DNA of 64,000 nt from Octopus vulgaris (GCA_951406725.2 OX597821.1:49352001-49416000); one strand, 5' to 3'. Shown: positions 37,970 to 50,538, numbered from the stretch's first letter. Numbers and translations are program-made. Notes: generated by a model from the sequence alone, not told the origin.

Positions 37970-39645
37970 TATAGCCAAAGATAAACCCCTATTCTTGACT
38001 TTTGTGGACTTGGAGAAAGCTTTTGATAGGGTCCCCCAATCCCTTTTTTGGTGGGCGATGTGGAAACTGGGGATTGATGACTGGTTAATAAGGTTAGGGT
38101 TAGGGTTAGGCCCTATACAGAGATGCCATTAGTAAGGCTAGGGTTGGCAATGAGTATAGTGAAGAATTCCAGGTAGAAGTAGGGGTCTACCAAGGATCAG
38201 CCCTCAGCCCCCACTTATTCATCATAGTCCACCAGGCAATAACAGAGGAATTCAAAACAGGTTGCCTCTGGGAGCTCCTCTATGCTGATGACCTGGCCCT
38301 TATAGCAAAATCACTACCAGAACTAGAGAAGAAATTTCAGGTGTGAAAGCAAAGTTTAGAATCAAAGGGCCTTAGAGTCAATGTTGCAAAGACCAAAGTT
38401 CTAGTAAGTAGGAAGGCGAACACATCACACACCCACTTCAGGTAGGTGGCTCTGTTTGATCTGTAGCAAAGGTGTAAGTAGAAACTCCATAAGATGTACT
38501 CAGTATAAGCTATGGACACATAAGAGGTACTGCAACATCAAAGGAAGATTAACCGGGAAAATAGCTTTCATGTGCAGCAGATTCTCAGAAAACAGATTCC
38601 ATCACAAAAGTAGTTGATAGCTTCCACTACCTAGGTGACCAATTCTGTAGAGAGGGTGGATGCTCAGAGAGTGTTACCACTAGAATAAGAATAGCCTGGG
38701 CAAAGTTCAGAAAGCCCTACTGGTGACAAAGGGCCTTTCGCTCAGAATGAAAGGTAGATTGTACAATGCGTTTGTGCAAAATGCCATGCTTCACGGCAGT
38801 GAAACATGGGCCATGACTGCTGAAAACATGTGTAGGCTCGAAAGAAATGAAGCTAGCATGATCCGCTGGATGTATAATGTCAGTGTTCACACACATCAGA
38901 GTGTAAGCACCCTGAGAGAAATGTTGGACATAAGAAGCATTAGATGTGGTGTGTAAGAGAGACATTTCCATTGGTATGGTCATGTACTATTGATGGATGA
39001 GGAGAGCTGCATGAAGAAGTACCACTCCCAAACAGTGGAAGGAATCCGGGGTAGAGGGAGACCCAGGAAGACAAGGGATGAGGTGGTGAAGCATGACCTT
39101 TGAATGTTGGGCCTCACAGAGGCAATGACAAAAGACCGAGACCTCTGGAGATGTGCTGTGACTGAGAAGACCCGGCAAATAAAGTGAGTTCACAGCTATA
39201 ATTTACACCAGTGTTGCATATCCAGCTCACTCAAAAGTACCTTGGATCATAGGGTGACATGCTGTGCTTGAGGAGACCTGTTGAGTCAGGTACATCAAAA
39301 TCAAATGGAAATTGTAGTTGTGATCCCCGTGCCAGTAGCACGTAAAAAGCACCATCTGAACATAGCTGATGCCAGTCTCACCTTGACTGGCTTCCGTGCC
39401 GGTGACACATAAATAGCACTATTCGATCTTGGTCAATGCCAGCCGCCTCTGGCCCCTATGCTGGTGGCATGTAAAAAGCATCCACTACACTCTCGGAGTA
39501 GTTGACGTTAGGAAGGGCATGCAGCTGTAGAAACACTGCCAGATCAGACCAGAGGCTGATGCAGCCTCCTGGCTTCCCAGACCCCAGTCAAACTGTCCAA
39601 CCCATGCCATCATGGAAAACGGACGTTAAACGATGATGATGATGT
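37970..39645 (+). mobile_element. 5'-truncated RTE-like LINE with complete 3' UTR and (GAT)n tail
   Basis: FVDLEKAFDRVP, ELLYADDL, HGSETWAM, GRPRK, three UTR modules, terminal ggacgttaaacgatgatgatgat. Confidence 0.95.
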
Positions 39646-39764
39646 GTGTATATCATCATCATCCTATGTATATTACACACACACACATACACAGAGTCAA
39701 CAATAAGCTCTGAAGAATTTAATGTACAGGTAGGGGTCCATTATGGCTCACACATCAGTCCCGA

Positions 39765-40125
39765 CCACATGGTTTGGGATTCACTTTCGCTGTGTGACAC
39801 CATGGGCAAGTGTCTTCTATTATAGCTCTGGGTTGACCAAAGTCTTATAAGTGGATTTGGTAGACAAACTGAAAGAAGCCTGCCCTGTGTGTGTATTTGA
39901 GTGTGTATACACTTGTGCCTCCTTGACATCACATGATTGTTATAAATGAATGTCTGTATAATAAAAGCAGTGTCATTCATTTCCAATATTCTATAAAAAA
40001 GATATCTGGCTATAGAAAAATATTATTTTGTTTGGAAACAGGTGAGGGTTGGTGACAGTAAGGGCATTCAGCCACAGTAAACCCTATCTGACCCATACAA
40101 GCATTAAAAAGTAGACATTAAATGA
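39765..40125 (+). mobile_element. Decayed SINE of the 41610 family
   Basis: ggcaagtgtcttcta..atagc...gtggatttggtagac..aactgaaagaagcc core. Confidence 0.7.
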
Positions 40126-40199
40126 TAAAGATAATATATATATATATATAATCGGTGTAGGTGTGGTGTCTTGGTTGAAAGTGGTTGATGCACAGTTAG

Positions 40200-41040
40200 T
40201 GAAATGTGTGGAAAGAATAAGGAGTAGTGTTTTTTTTTATCAAATGAAAGGTTTTTTTTTTAATGTGATGGCCAATAAGTCATTGATGTAGAGAAGGAAG
40301 AAAGTAAAGGGAAAAGACAAAAACTTGAGGAATGCCAGAAAGAGGGTCAGAATGAGTTCTGTTAACACATAGCATATGATAGGAAGATACCAATCCAAGA
40401 GGTAAGAGATAGAAGGAACATATAGGTGAGATATTTTAAGAGGAGATTTGCATGCCAGATGCAGTTGAAAGCTTTCTTTGGTGGTGTTGAGGGAGACAGC
40501 AATGCTTTCATCAAATTTTGGTACGGCAAGAGCCCACTGATGGGTGATAGAGGGGAGTGAGTCACCAATGGATCTAGCTCTTCAGAAACCATCCTTGTGG
40601 TCATTAAGGGGAGATAGTGACTTAAAGTTTTGAAGACATTGTTAATGCCTGTCTCCATAACCTTTAGGATAAGTGTCAGGGCGAGAGAGATTGTCTTTAT
40701 GGAGAAAGCGGTATACTGTTATGTGTTTCTTATGATCACCTATTACACCCTATAGAGAGGGAGAGATTGAATAGTTTGGTGAGTGTAGGGACCAGTTTTG
40801 AAGTACAGTGTTTGAAAGGAAGGGTAGGGACAACTGTCAGGGCCAGCTGTCTAGTTGGCCTGAAGTGAGCAAAGATACTTTCACACTTTGTATATGTGTG
40901 CAAGGTGGTGGACCTGGGAGAGTGGAAAGAGATAGAATTGGAGAAGATTTGCCATGTATGTGTAGTGTGGAGTTGGCTGCAAAGGGAGCAGAGAAGGTGG
41001 CTTGCTTTTGCAGTGGTGTTGTGATCTGTACCAGCATTGA
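40200..41040 (-). mobile_element. Old LINE RT fragment (CR1/Jockey-like)
   Basis: KAFNCIWH.NLL.K and F.ANSTL remnants, highly degenerate. Confidence 0.55.
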
Positions 41041-41609
41041 TATAATATGGTCAATTAAGACAGCGAGTTGGCTGAATGGTTAGCAATCCAGGCAAAATGC
41101 TTTTACAGTATTTCATCCATCTTTACATTCAAATTCCGCCAAGGTCAATAAAATAAGTACCTGAACACTGAGGTCGGTGTAACTGTCTTAGCCCCTCCCC
41201 TGAAATTGCTGGTCTTGTGTCAAAATTTGAAACTGATATTTGAAACAGACCATGTAGACTGTATTTTCAGCCTAAATGGCTGCAATTATACTATGAATGG
41301 ACCACTGGTTGTACTGATGTGAAGGGACCTGCCTTAAAGGATAGTTTCCATCATCCAGCTATCACTTTCTGACAGGTCAGGAGTGAAGCACATGTGGTGC
41401 CAGGTATGGTTGGTATAAACCTGGCAGAGCTCTGACTAATAATATGACATGCCATTGGTATAGAGTTAAGGGACACTGCGTGGTATGTGGATACACATTG
41501 ATTAGATGGCCTGATAGATATATGACAGTTACAGTTTGGTAGAGCTTAGAAGGTGAGAAGGAGATGGAGAGCATTTGGAATATCTGAATGTCAGTGTGCA
41601 ATATCAGTA

Positions 41610-41958
41610 CTGGGTTCAGTCCCACTGCGTGGCATCTTGGGCAAGTGTCTTCTGCTATAGCCCCGGGCCGACCAATGCCTTGTGAGTGGATTTGGTAGAC
41701 GGAAACTGAAAGAAGCCTGTCGTATATATATATATGTGTGTGTGTGTATGTGTTTGTGTGTCTGTCTTTGTCCCCCTAGCATTGCTTGACAACTGATGCT
41801 GGTGTGTTTACGTCCCCGTCATTTAGCGGTTCGGCAAAAGAGACCGATAGAATAAGTACTGGGCTTACAAAGAATAAGTCCCGGGGTTGATTTGCTCGAC
41901 TAAAGGCAGTGCTCCAGCATGGCCGCAGTCAAATGACTGAAGCAAGTAAAAGAGTAAG
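41610..41958 (+). mobile_element. tRNA/CORE-like SINE with internal TA/TG microsatellite, inserted in an old RTE fragment
   Basis: gggttcagtccc B-box-like motif, ttgggcaagtgtctt core, 3' aagtaaaagagtaa tail; RTE-like sequence on both sides (about 41400-41606 and 41958-42030). Confidence 0.8.
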
Positions 41959-42471
41959 GGATAAGACAAATTGATGAAGAGGGTTGATTGTAAAACACTT
42001 AGCTGTTGCACCAGTGGTATTAGCATGGGATGAGTAAAAGAGTTACAAAGTGTTGTGAACAATGAAATCACTGAGGTTGATGACTTTGTGCGAAGTGAAA
42101 TGAGATATGTGTCCTCCAGATAATACCCCAGCCACACATACTCCTCGCATTTTATATATTTACCTATTTCAGAAGTTGTAACAGTAGTATGTCATCAGCT
42201 ATGTTGACAGTTGTGGTGTGACTGATGGTTGTATGGCAGTGGTTGTGGAATGTGACTGGTGGCTGCTGCAGGTGTGGCTGAAATGCTATGTTCTCATCAA
42301 ACTAATTTACAATATGGGTCTTTGGAATTGTTTCTTGTTTAATGCTGAATACAGCCACAAATGCCAGGCATACTGTTTCTTACCATTCTTTCTTCATTCC
42401 TAATACCTGAGATTGTATGCTTATATAATACACTGTCAGACATATTTGTATATCAGTGTTGAACATTTCAG

Positions 42472-42540
42472 GGTCCTGTATGGTGTCTGTGTGTTTTTGG
42501 TGATTACTTGTATAGTGGATCTTCAGACAAAACAATCAAG
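42472..42540 (+). CDS. TRAF7: TRAF7 exon: [23 protein letters not shown]
   Basis: tttcag acceptor, aag|gtacgt donor. WD40 signature nearly identical to TRAF7. Confidence 0.96.
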
Positions 42541-44040
42541 GTACGTACTTTCCCTGGCCCCATCTTAACCACACATTTGAATGATTCTTACTTCTAAAAT
42601 GTTCTTTGTGTTAATGAAATTCAATGTTCATCAAAAACAGTTTTAATTCCTAGAAATATTGATTGCAATTGACTCCAGTATTATGTTTAAATTCAATTTG
42701 ATCTATAGATGTAAGAAATAAGAATTGTCCAAAGTGTTAGGTATAGATATTACAGTATATCTGGGGTATATATATGTTTCTTCACTACTTCAGGGAGTGA
42801 CAACCCTGCCTGACAAGAGTCATGGGCTCAGCTGGCTCAGGCTGACAGTACCTGGTATGGGCCCCTATCCAGTGTTGCGGAAAGGAGACAACCTTCAAAG
42901 AAATCCAGAGTGGAGCCCCGTAGGCAGTTTAGTGTTCGACTCGACACTCTTCCGGCAACTCCTACAACCAAGCTGGTGCCAAACATAAGGTCTAGGGAGG
43001 AATCCTGACGATTGGGCTACCCAGGATTTTCTTACATCTACCTCAGGCCTGCACAAAACTGGAGAGGACATGAAATGTAAAAACCAGACTGCATTAGTTT
43101 ATGCGCAACTCCATTGTCTCCCGAGACAAAAGGATGCCAACAGCTATATATATATATATATGGTGTACATACTTCCACCGACAATAGATATGCAGCTTAA
43201 GACCAAATTTATTTGAAAACTAGGTATGGACTAGTGACAGAAAAGCATCCAGTTCTAAAACAATGCCTTGTTAATATATTCATCTAACTTGTATTAGCAT
43301 TGGAAAATGGACATAGAACAAACAAATGTAGCAATCTGTCTGTAATGTGGTACCTTATTGTAATGTAGAACATTTTTGGGCTTCCAATCTATATTTTACA
43401 TACAGCTTTCTCTGCAGGACATTCTCTTCATCTGTCATTCACTGAATATTTCTATTATTTTGGTAGCTTCCAACAGTTTAATTCCTATTGATGGTACCAA
43501 AGAATGTTCAGGTTCTTTTGGCTTACACTGTTACAAGCTTTATTTCCCTTCTCCTCTACATGAAGCCACTGTGCCAAACTGGAAACCAATCAGGTGTATT
43601 CTTCCTTTAAAATAAAAATCCTGTAGGTACTCTGTCTAGAGAATCACAATGAGTTATCTTTAATGCCACGACTTCTATATGTTAGAAACTCCTTCACAAT
43701 AAGAACAAAATATTTAAATGTCCTTGTTCTGAATGACAAAAATCCTCTACTTTCTCTGCTTTAATTAGCATTAATCAAATAATATCCTCTTGTAGAAAAT
43801 ACCTATTTAGAGCTTGGTGAATTCAGATGCTTTCAGCTAAATGGCTTAACCATGATCACAACCCTGTGTTAGTAACAGGGTGTAAACCAATGACCTCTAA
43901 ACTGGTATTCTACTAGAAGTACAATCATTTTCAATCTCCCCTTGAAATATATTTACATTTACTAAATTAGGACATAATCCATGTATGCAGGGATGCCTTC
44001 TGGTATTTTCATTAACATTTATACCTTTATTATATTTTAG

Positions 44041-44163
44041 GTGTGGGACACCAGTACTAGCTATAAATGTACAAAAACACTTGAGGGACACACAGGTATT
44101 GTTCTTGCTCTGTGTGTTTATGGAAACAAACTCTACAGTGGGTCACATGACTGTAACATAATT
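44041..44163 (+). CDS. TRAF7: TRAF7 exon: [41 protein letters not shown]
   Basis: ttttag acceptor, att|gtgagt donor, 123 nt, phase 0/0, WD40. Confidence 0.97.
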
Positions 44164-45329
44164 GTGAGTAACTCATTTTATTTACTTTTTCACATTTTTT
44201 TCAAGATGCCTTAATCTTCTGCTAGTCATATCAAAACTAAGTTCAAGTCTCCAAAAGGAAAAAAAAGCATGACAATTCCTGGGAGATTGATGAAGTCTTT
44301 AGTCAAGTTATCACATTATTTTATGGTGTGGTATAATTCTGTAACTTAAACATTGGAGGATATCAGCTACAATAAAGTAGCATACCATACAAAAGATGAT
44401 TGATTTAACACCACAAACATCAGAATCAGTTTTTGTATTCTGCTGGGTTAGGGATTTAATATCACAGATCCACCCCACTCTCAAGGGTAGGAGTGGGTCT
44501 CTGATGTTAATACATGAGACATATCCACATGGCTTGTTGCTCTGTCATGGTTGAGTTCCACTGGAGGAATTGAACTCACTTCTATAAACTAGCAAATCCT
44601 TTTATTATGGATATAAATATCTAATAATTTTACTGCACAGCCTCTGTAAATGATATCACTACCCTACAGTACCTATGAACAGTGAAGTATACTCAGCCGC
44701 TGAGAATCAAGTATCTTTTGTAGCCATGGACATGTTTCAGTACTACTGGTAGCAGAATATGAACTGATGATCTCTAGAGTTATTGTCCACTTTGTAACCA
44801 AGAAGACCATCCTGGCTCTCAGCTAATTAAAAAATATTATAGAAATTGCCTATCTCTTATCATAGCCTCAGATAGTTTCCTATCATAGCTTCAGATATTC
44901 TTCTGCCTTAGCCTCAGACAGTCTTATATCATAGCTTCAGGTCAAGGAAACTAAGTAAAGGGGAACTGTGTAAGACCCCACTGGATGGACTGTACATTTA
45001 ATTCAAAGTTCACCTTAAACTGCTTGATAATTAGTATACATGTTTGTGGAATATTCAGCCATCTTCATCATAATTCAATGAATAAATAGAACACTTCATT
45101 GAAACCTATAAGTGATCCAACATCACATGTTACTGGGAGCTTTTGTGCAGTTATTTTGTCTGATAACTATAATAGCCAAATCTCCCTAACACCATATTCT
45201 ACCATCTTACAGAAGCTGTTTCTGAGGAAATATACTGTGGAAACTACTAGTTGGAATGGTAGTTGATGGATGTTATTGTTACAAATTAATTGAGACATGT
45301 AATGTGGAGATGAGATAATTTTGATATAG

Positions 45330-45515
45330 TGATGTAAAAAGCACCAACTGATTGTAGCCAACGCCAGTACCCCATGACTGGGTCCTGTGCCGGTGGCACA
45401 TAAAAAGCATCCGAATGTGATCATTGCCAGCCCCACCTTACTGGCTCCTGTGCTGGTGGCACGTAAAAAGCACCCACTACACTCTTGGAGTGGTTGATGT
45501 TAGGAAGGGCCATCA
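45330..45515 (+). mobile_element. RTE-family 3' UTR modules (3 cores)
   Basis: Repeated ggtggcacgtaaaaagcacc cores followed by ggagtggttg.tgttaggaagggc. Confidence 0.8.
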
Positions 45516-45519
45516 ACTC

Positions 45520-45916
45520 GCTTGGATCTTCCCTCACCTTGTCCTGAAGTTGTTGGACAAACTCTGGCATGCTGACAGAGTCAGAATGCTTGCTGTATTC
45601 CTTCTTGCTAGCCATGGCTTCATAGTCATCATCAAAGCTATCCATGTCACATCTTGCAGTATTTACTGTGTTTACAAAGCAATGAGCAGCAGTCGTGATG
45701 TTGGCAATTTGACACCCAGCATGAATCATCATGATACAGGTAACTCTTTTCCAATATTCAGATGGCTTCTAATCCTCCATGTCAACTAACTTTTTCTCCA
45801 CTACAACTTAAATCTTTATGCTCTCCAATGCTGTTAACTGTTCAACAATATATCGAACTGTTCCTGAAAAAAGAAGACATTTAAAAAATCATCAAATTTA
45901 GACTGAACACCCTGTA
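45520..45916 (-). mobile_element. Tc1/mariner-type 5' fragment
   Basis: Minus strand starts TA|CAGGGTGTTCAG (TIR-like). ORF 45421..45732 resembles an N-terminal HTH region ending VREDPS. Confidence 0.55.
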
Positions 45917-46311
45917 TTTATGTATAATGTATAGTTGCATGGTATGGATAGAGTAAAGTGTGGTTAAATATAGTATAGTGTAGTAATGTAGTTGAATATA
46001 GTGAGAATAATGTAAGGAAAGCCTTTCAAAATTTCAGAGTGAGCCCTTTGTTGAAGAAAACTTTTCTGTTTTTTTTTTTATATATTTTTATTCTTTTATT
46101 TTATCTATTTTTATATGTGACCACCCCCTCAAACCTATCTCATCTAATCCACTTGAATTCTAGTGTTTTACTTTGCTGCCCAGTTACTTGTTGGTTTGTG
46201 GTTGCAAACATAGTGTAACTGTGCTGTGTGTATATAGAGTACATATATGTGTTAGTCTGTGTATATGTATTTGTATCAACATCACTATATATTCAAATAT
46301 TCTATTTGCAG

Positions 46312-46428
46312 GTCTGGAGTATTGATACATTAGAAATGCTAAAAGCTATTGAATCCCATGATAATCCTGTTTGTACACTGGCTTCAGCACGAAACAAGCT
46401 CTTCAGTGGATCTCTCAAAGTTATACGA
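46312..46428 (+). CDS. TRAF7: TRAF7 exon: [39 protein letters not shown]
   Basis: ttgcag acceptor, cga|gtaaga donor. HDNPVCTL and LFSGSLK motifs. Confidence 0.97.
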
Positions 46429-47971
46429 GTAAGATTGATCTATGACTGCCCTTGTCTAATTCTTATTGTCATTCTAACCTTTATTATTGTTCCTTTCCTA
46501 ATTCTTGCTGACACTGTTATTACTGTTTATTTACATTAATGTAATTATTGTACTGTGATTAATTTTGTCTTTCATCCTGTTGGGATTGGTAAAATGAATT
46601 ACTCATCAAATATTGGAATTAATAGAATTGATTTTACCCAAAACTCCTCAAATTTTAAGGAGCATTACCAAAATTGAAAATTATTATTGTCATTAATACT
46701 ATTATTAAGGCAATGTGCTGGCAAAATTATTAGTGCATGGGACAAGATGCTTTGCAACATTTCTTCTGGTTCTTTATGTTCTGCATTCAAATCCCACCAA
46801 AGTCAACTTTACCTTTCATCTTTTCAGGGTCAATTATTATTCTTATTATTATTAAAGTGATGGAGTGGCAGAATCATCAGAGCAATGGGAAAAGTGCCTT
46901 GCAACATTTAGTCTGGCTCTGTATGTTCTAAGTGCAAATCCACCAAGGTCAACCTTGCCTTTCATCCCTCTGGAGGGATCAAACTCTTCTGGGGTTGATC
47001 AAATAAGGTACCGATCAAGAACTGGGATTGATCTAATCAATTAACTCCTAACCGTAAAAAATATTGGTTTTCTACCTAAATCAAAAGTAATTGTTTTTAT
47101 TTAAACGAAGATTTGCAATGAATAGTTGACAATAAGTAGTATATAAATTTCAATATAAATATAATATTGGCTTTAAATTTTAGCACAAGGTTAGCAGGTT
47201 TGCGGGAGGGGCTAAGTTGATTAAATTGACCCCAGTGTTCAACTGGCACTTGTTTTATTGACCCTGAGAGGATGAAATGCAACATTGACCTTGGTGGAGT
47301 TTGAAATCAGAATGTAGAGACAAATGAAATGCTGCTAAGCATTTTGCCTGGCATGTTAACAATTCTGTCTGCTTGCCACCTTATGTCATATTATAATGTT
47401 AAATATAAATACTAAATGACAATAAACGATCAAAGAACTAACAATAAAGGTGATATTGCCTTGTGCTGTCACTCCCATCCCCCACACATTAACACACACA
47501 TAGACACTTTGCCACCACTCTATCACTTGTCTTACATGCCACTCCAACCCCGCACCATGGTACCTGTCAAGTTTTGTAATTTGCTTATTTCATAAGCATG
47601 GGTATAGAAAGAAGGATCAAATAGCTGCAAACTGCAAATTTCTATCTCACCATAGCAGAAGCACAACCAACAGTAGTACACATGAGAAGGGGTAACAACA
47701 TCTACTGTAATCCTGTAGAGATTGAATCAACTGTTGTCCCTGATTGATTTAATTGCAACATATGGAAAAAAAGGGACAAGTCACATAAAACTTGTGCATG
47801 CCATGTGACTGGTGGTTTTTAATTATTTAAACAAATGTACAGCATTTGTTACATATTGATTAGAAGTTCAATACATGACAGTACCCCCTACTGTGTGTTT
47901 TGTATGCAATTGACTCCTTTTTTTATGTGTTAACCCTTAAAACGGAATTGTCTTACTTGATTTTTGTTAAG

Positions 47972-48088
47972 GTCTGGGATGCCCAAACACATGAACTGAA
48001 GAAAGAAATAACAGGTTTAAACCACTGGGTTCGTGCCCTGGTGTCCACTAACAACCATTTGTACAGTGGATCTTATCAGACAATTAAG
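47972..48088 (+). CDS. TRAF7: TRAF7 exon: [39 protein letters not shown]
   Basis: ttaag acceptor, aag|gtgagt donor. [11 protein letters not shown] and [10 protein letters not shown] motifs. Confidence 0.97.
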
Positions 48089-48309
48089 GTGAGTATATAA
48101 CAGGTGTGTATGTATGTAAAAGTAGCTGTCTCTGACTGTGGCTGCCTTTCTGTGCATGTGTACATATGACTGACTGTAAATATCTGCCTGCATGCATCTT
48201 TGTCTATGTGTACAAGTATATATTTATATATCAGTAATAATAATAATAAGAATGATTATTATGCAGTAGCATAGCATAACCTCTAATTCTTTTGCATATA
48301 TATATATAG

Positions 48310-50350
48310 CTTTACATAGACCTACACATGTTTCAACTGCATCGATTAATGACCATTGCAAATGCAACCCTACTATAATACCAGTGCAGTTTCTTCAGGG
48401 TTTTTCTTTTAGTATCCTTTGATTTAACTGTTTAAAGTTTTTCGTTTATCTACTCTGCATTGTATGATGTAGAGTTGATCATTAATTTAGACATGAACTA
48501 TCTTCAAGTTTTGAGTGGATAATCACTTATAGTCCATTATTTCAAAACATTCTGTTGTTTAAATGTTTATTACTCATTTATAATGTGAATTTCCTCATGT
48601 TGCATGATTCTCAAAGCTTGTTCCTGTCTAGAATTTATTATATTACTCTTAGATGTAAAAATTTTGGTAAAATTCTTCAAAACAGAGGTCATATTTTTTA
48701 GTTCCAGGTATGTATGGTTTTGCAATACAAATTAATTCCCAATTGATAACATAGTCTTTGTTTCTGTCTTTAATAGACCACATTAATTTACTAAGACTTG
48801 TTTGGAATCTTTTATTTTTATCTCTAAATGAACTCAAAGGATTTGTCAGTCTACTCTTGAAAATTAGTGAAGTTGCACCGATGTAAAAGTATTCATTACC
48901 CTCAGATGTAACTTTACATCTATACGCTACATTTTTCGTCTTACACTTATTTTTCACATAATAGGATTCCCATTTAGAACAATTGCAAAGATAATTTCTC
49001 TCAGATTTAGTTTTATTTTGATCATTCATGGTAAAATCAAATTCATTTCCACCAAGTTCTTTATTACTATTTTCTTTCAGATAACATTATCTTTGATCTA
49101 TTTTGAGCTGAGTTTTTATTTGATTCTACACTATTAACTATTTTAAATTGGGTTGATTCCCTTTCAGTGACTTTTAAATTCTTAGTGTTCTGTACTATTT
49201 GAGTTTTTTTTATTCCGTTTGACATTATTATTCTGAATATTTACTACACTACTCTGTTATAATAGCTTTTTTGAAATTTCAATATTACTTTTACGTTCTG
49301 TGTTACTATAATTTGTGCAATATTTTTGCACAAATTTTTATAATTTTTTCCTTTTGTTTGAACTTTATAATTGTTCATCTGATTATTTTCTTTGTTGCAA
49401 TCACCTACTCTTGTTATTTTATTAACTTCTCTATTTGATTTTAAATTTCCATTATTATTTTTCTTATAAGTAGCTTTTATAGTACTAGATTTTAGATTTG
49501 CGTTATTAAAATTATTTAAATCAGATTCCTTACTTGACTTATTAAACTTTATTTTATCTTTATATCCTACTTTCCTAGTAGTCTTCATTTAGTTTGAAAA
49601 TATTCTGATTGGTTGACAAGTTAATTATTCTTGTTGAAATGTTCTTTGTTAGTGAGTTTGTTACCATTTTGGGATGATTACTTTCAATGTTTATATATTT
49701 TATATTTTCATTATGTTTATGAAATGGTTTATAAGTTCCTTTGTTGATATCCAACATTACCGTCTAAGAAATTAACAGAATTATGTTCATCTTTTATCGG
49801 CACGTTAAAAGCACCAACCGATCGTGACCGATGCCAGACCCCCCTGGCACCTGTGCAGGTGGCACGTAAAAAGCACCCACTACACTCGCGGAGTGGTTGG
49901 CGTTAGGAAGGGCATCCAGCTGTAGAAACACTGCCAGATCAGACTGGAGCCTGGTGCAGCCCCTGGCTTCCCAGACCCCGGTCGAACCGTCCAACCCGTG
50001 CTAGCGCAGAAAACGGACGTTAAACGATGATGATGATAGGCCTATATTTCTAAAGAATTTTAAAAAATTCTTTCTATATTTTTTTAATATTCTACTTTTG
50101 TAAAAAGTTCATCATCTCTTTATAAACTTCCTGCTATTTCAGGGAATTCTTTATTTAGACAATACGATATATAAATTCCCACTAAATCTGTGATCTGCAC
50201 TGAATCCATAGAGCCAATTGTTATGTCAAACATATCCGGTCTATATTTTCAAATCCAATATTTATTCTCAAATTTAATGATTGTTTTCTTGGCGTTAAAA
50301 TAACATCTGTTTCATCCCTAGTTATTTCCAAATTTTTCTTTGCAAGCATC
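48310..50350 (-). mobile_element. Decayed Penelope-like element (RT plus GIY-YIG endonuclease)
   Basis: CNC, AYRCKV....YIGATS..FKSR, TSLSK..W, A.PY...LC.EE (GIY-YIG); YKPFHK....KYINIESNHP and FDITIGSMDS..ITDLVGIY (RT). Interrupted by an RTE 3' UTR at 49797-50036. Confidence 0.88.
48318..48403 (-). ncRNA. Minimal type I hammerhead ribozyme in Penelope-like element terminus
   Basis: Minus strand: ACC-CUGAAGA-AACUGCA-(43 nt)-UGCAGUU-GAAA-CAUGUG-UA-GGU. Perfect 7-bp stem II, palindromic ACAUGU at stem III, GUA triplet; lies 3' of the GIY-YIG ORF. Confidence 0.8.
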
Positions 50351-50359
50351 AGCACCTTA

Positions 50360-50538
50360 AGTCACTTCTATTGATTTTTTAATGGCTTTGCGGGGTGACT
50401 GGGGAAATGTAAAGATGTGCACGACCATCCTTGGACGGTTTTGAATGACCATAGAAGGAGCGAGCCCTCTAACTGAAAAATTGTGGATTTGTATAAAGGA
50501 CTCGCACACAGACATTTTGCTGTTTATATATATAGAGA
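50360..50538 (-). mobile_element. Non-autonomous Helitron-like 5' fragment
   Basis: Minus strand A|TCTCTATATATATAAACAGCAAAATGTCTGTGTG, the same style as the other Helitron 5' ends. Confidence 0.5.

Noticed and set aside
39490-39540. Twister ribozyme upstream of ggttggcgttaggaagggcatcc
   Set aside because: The motif recalls sequence near twister ribozymes in other RTE elements, but the twister core (GUCCCAAGCCC / GGAGGG pairing) is not present.
44855-44940. Four ~23-bp tandem units (catagcctcagatag...)
   Set aside because: Short, degenerate local duplication with no further structure.
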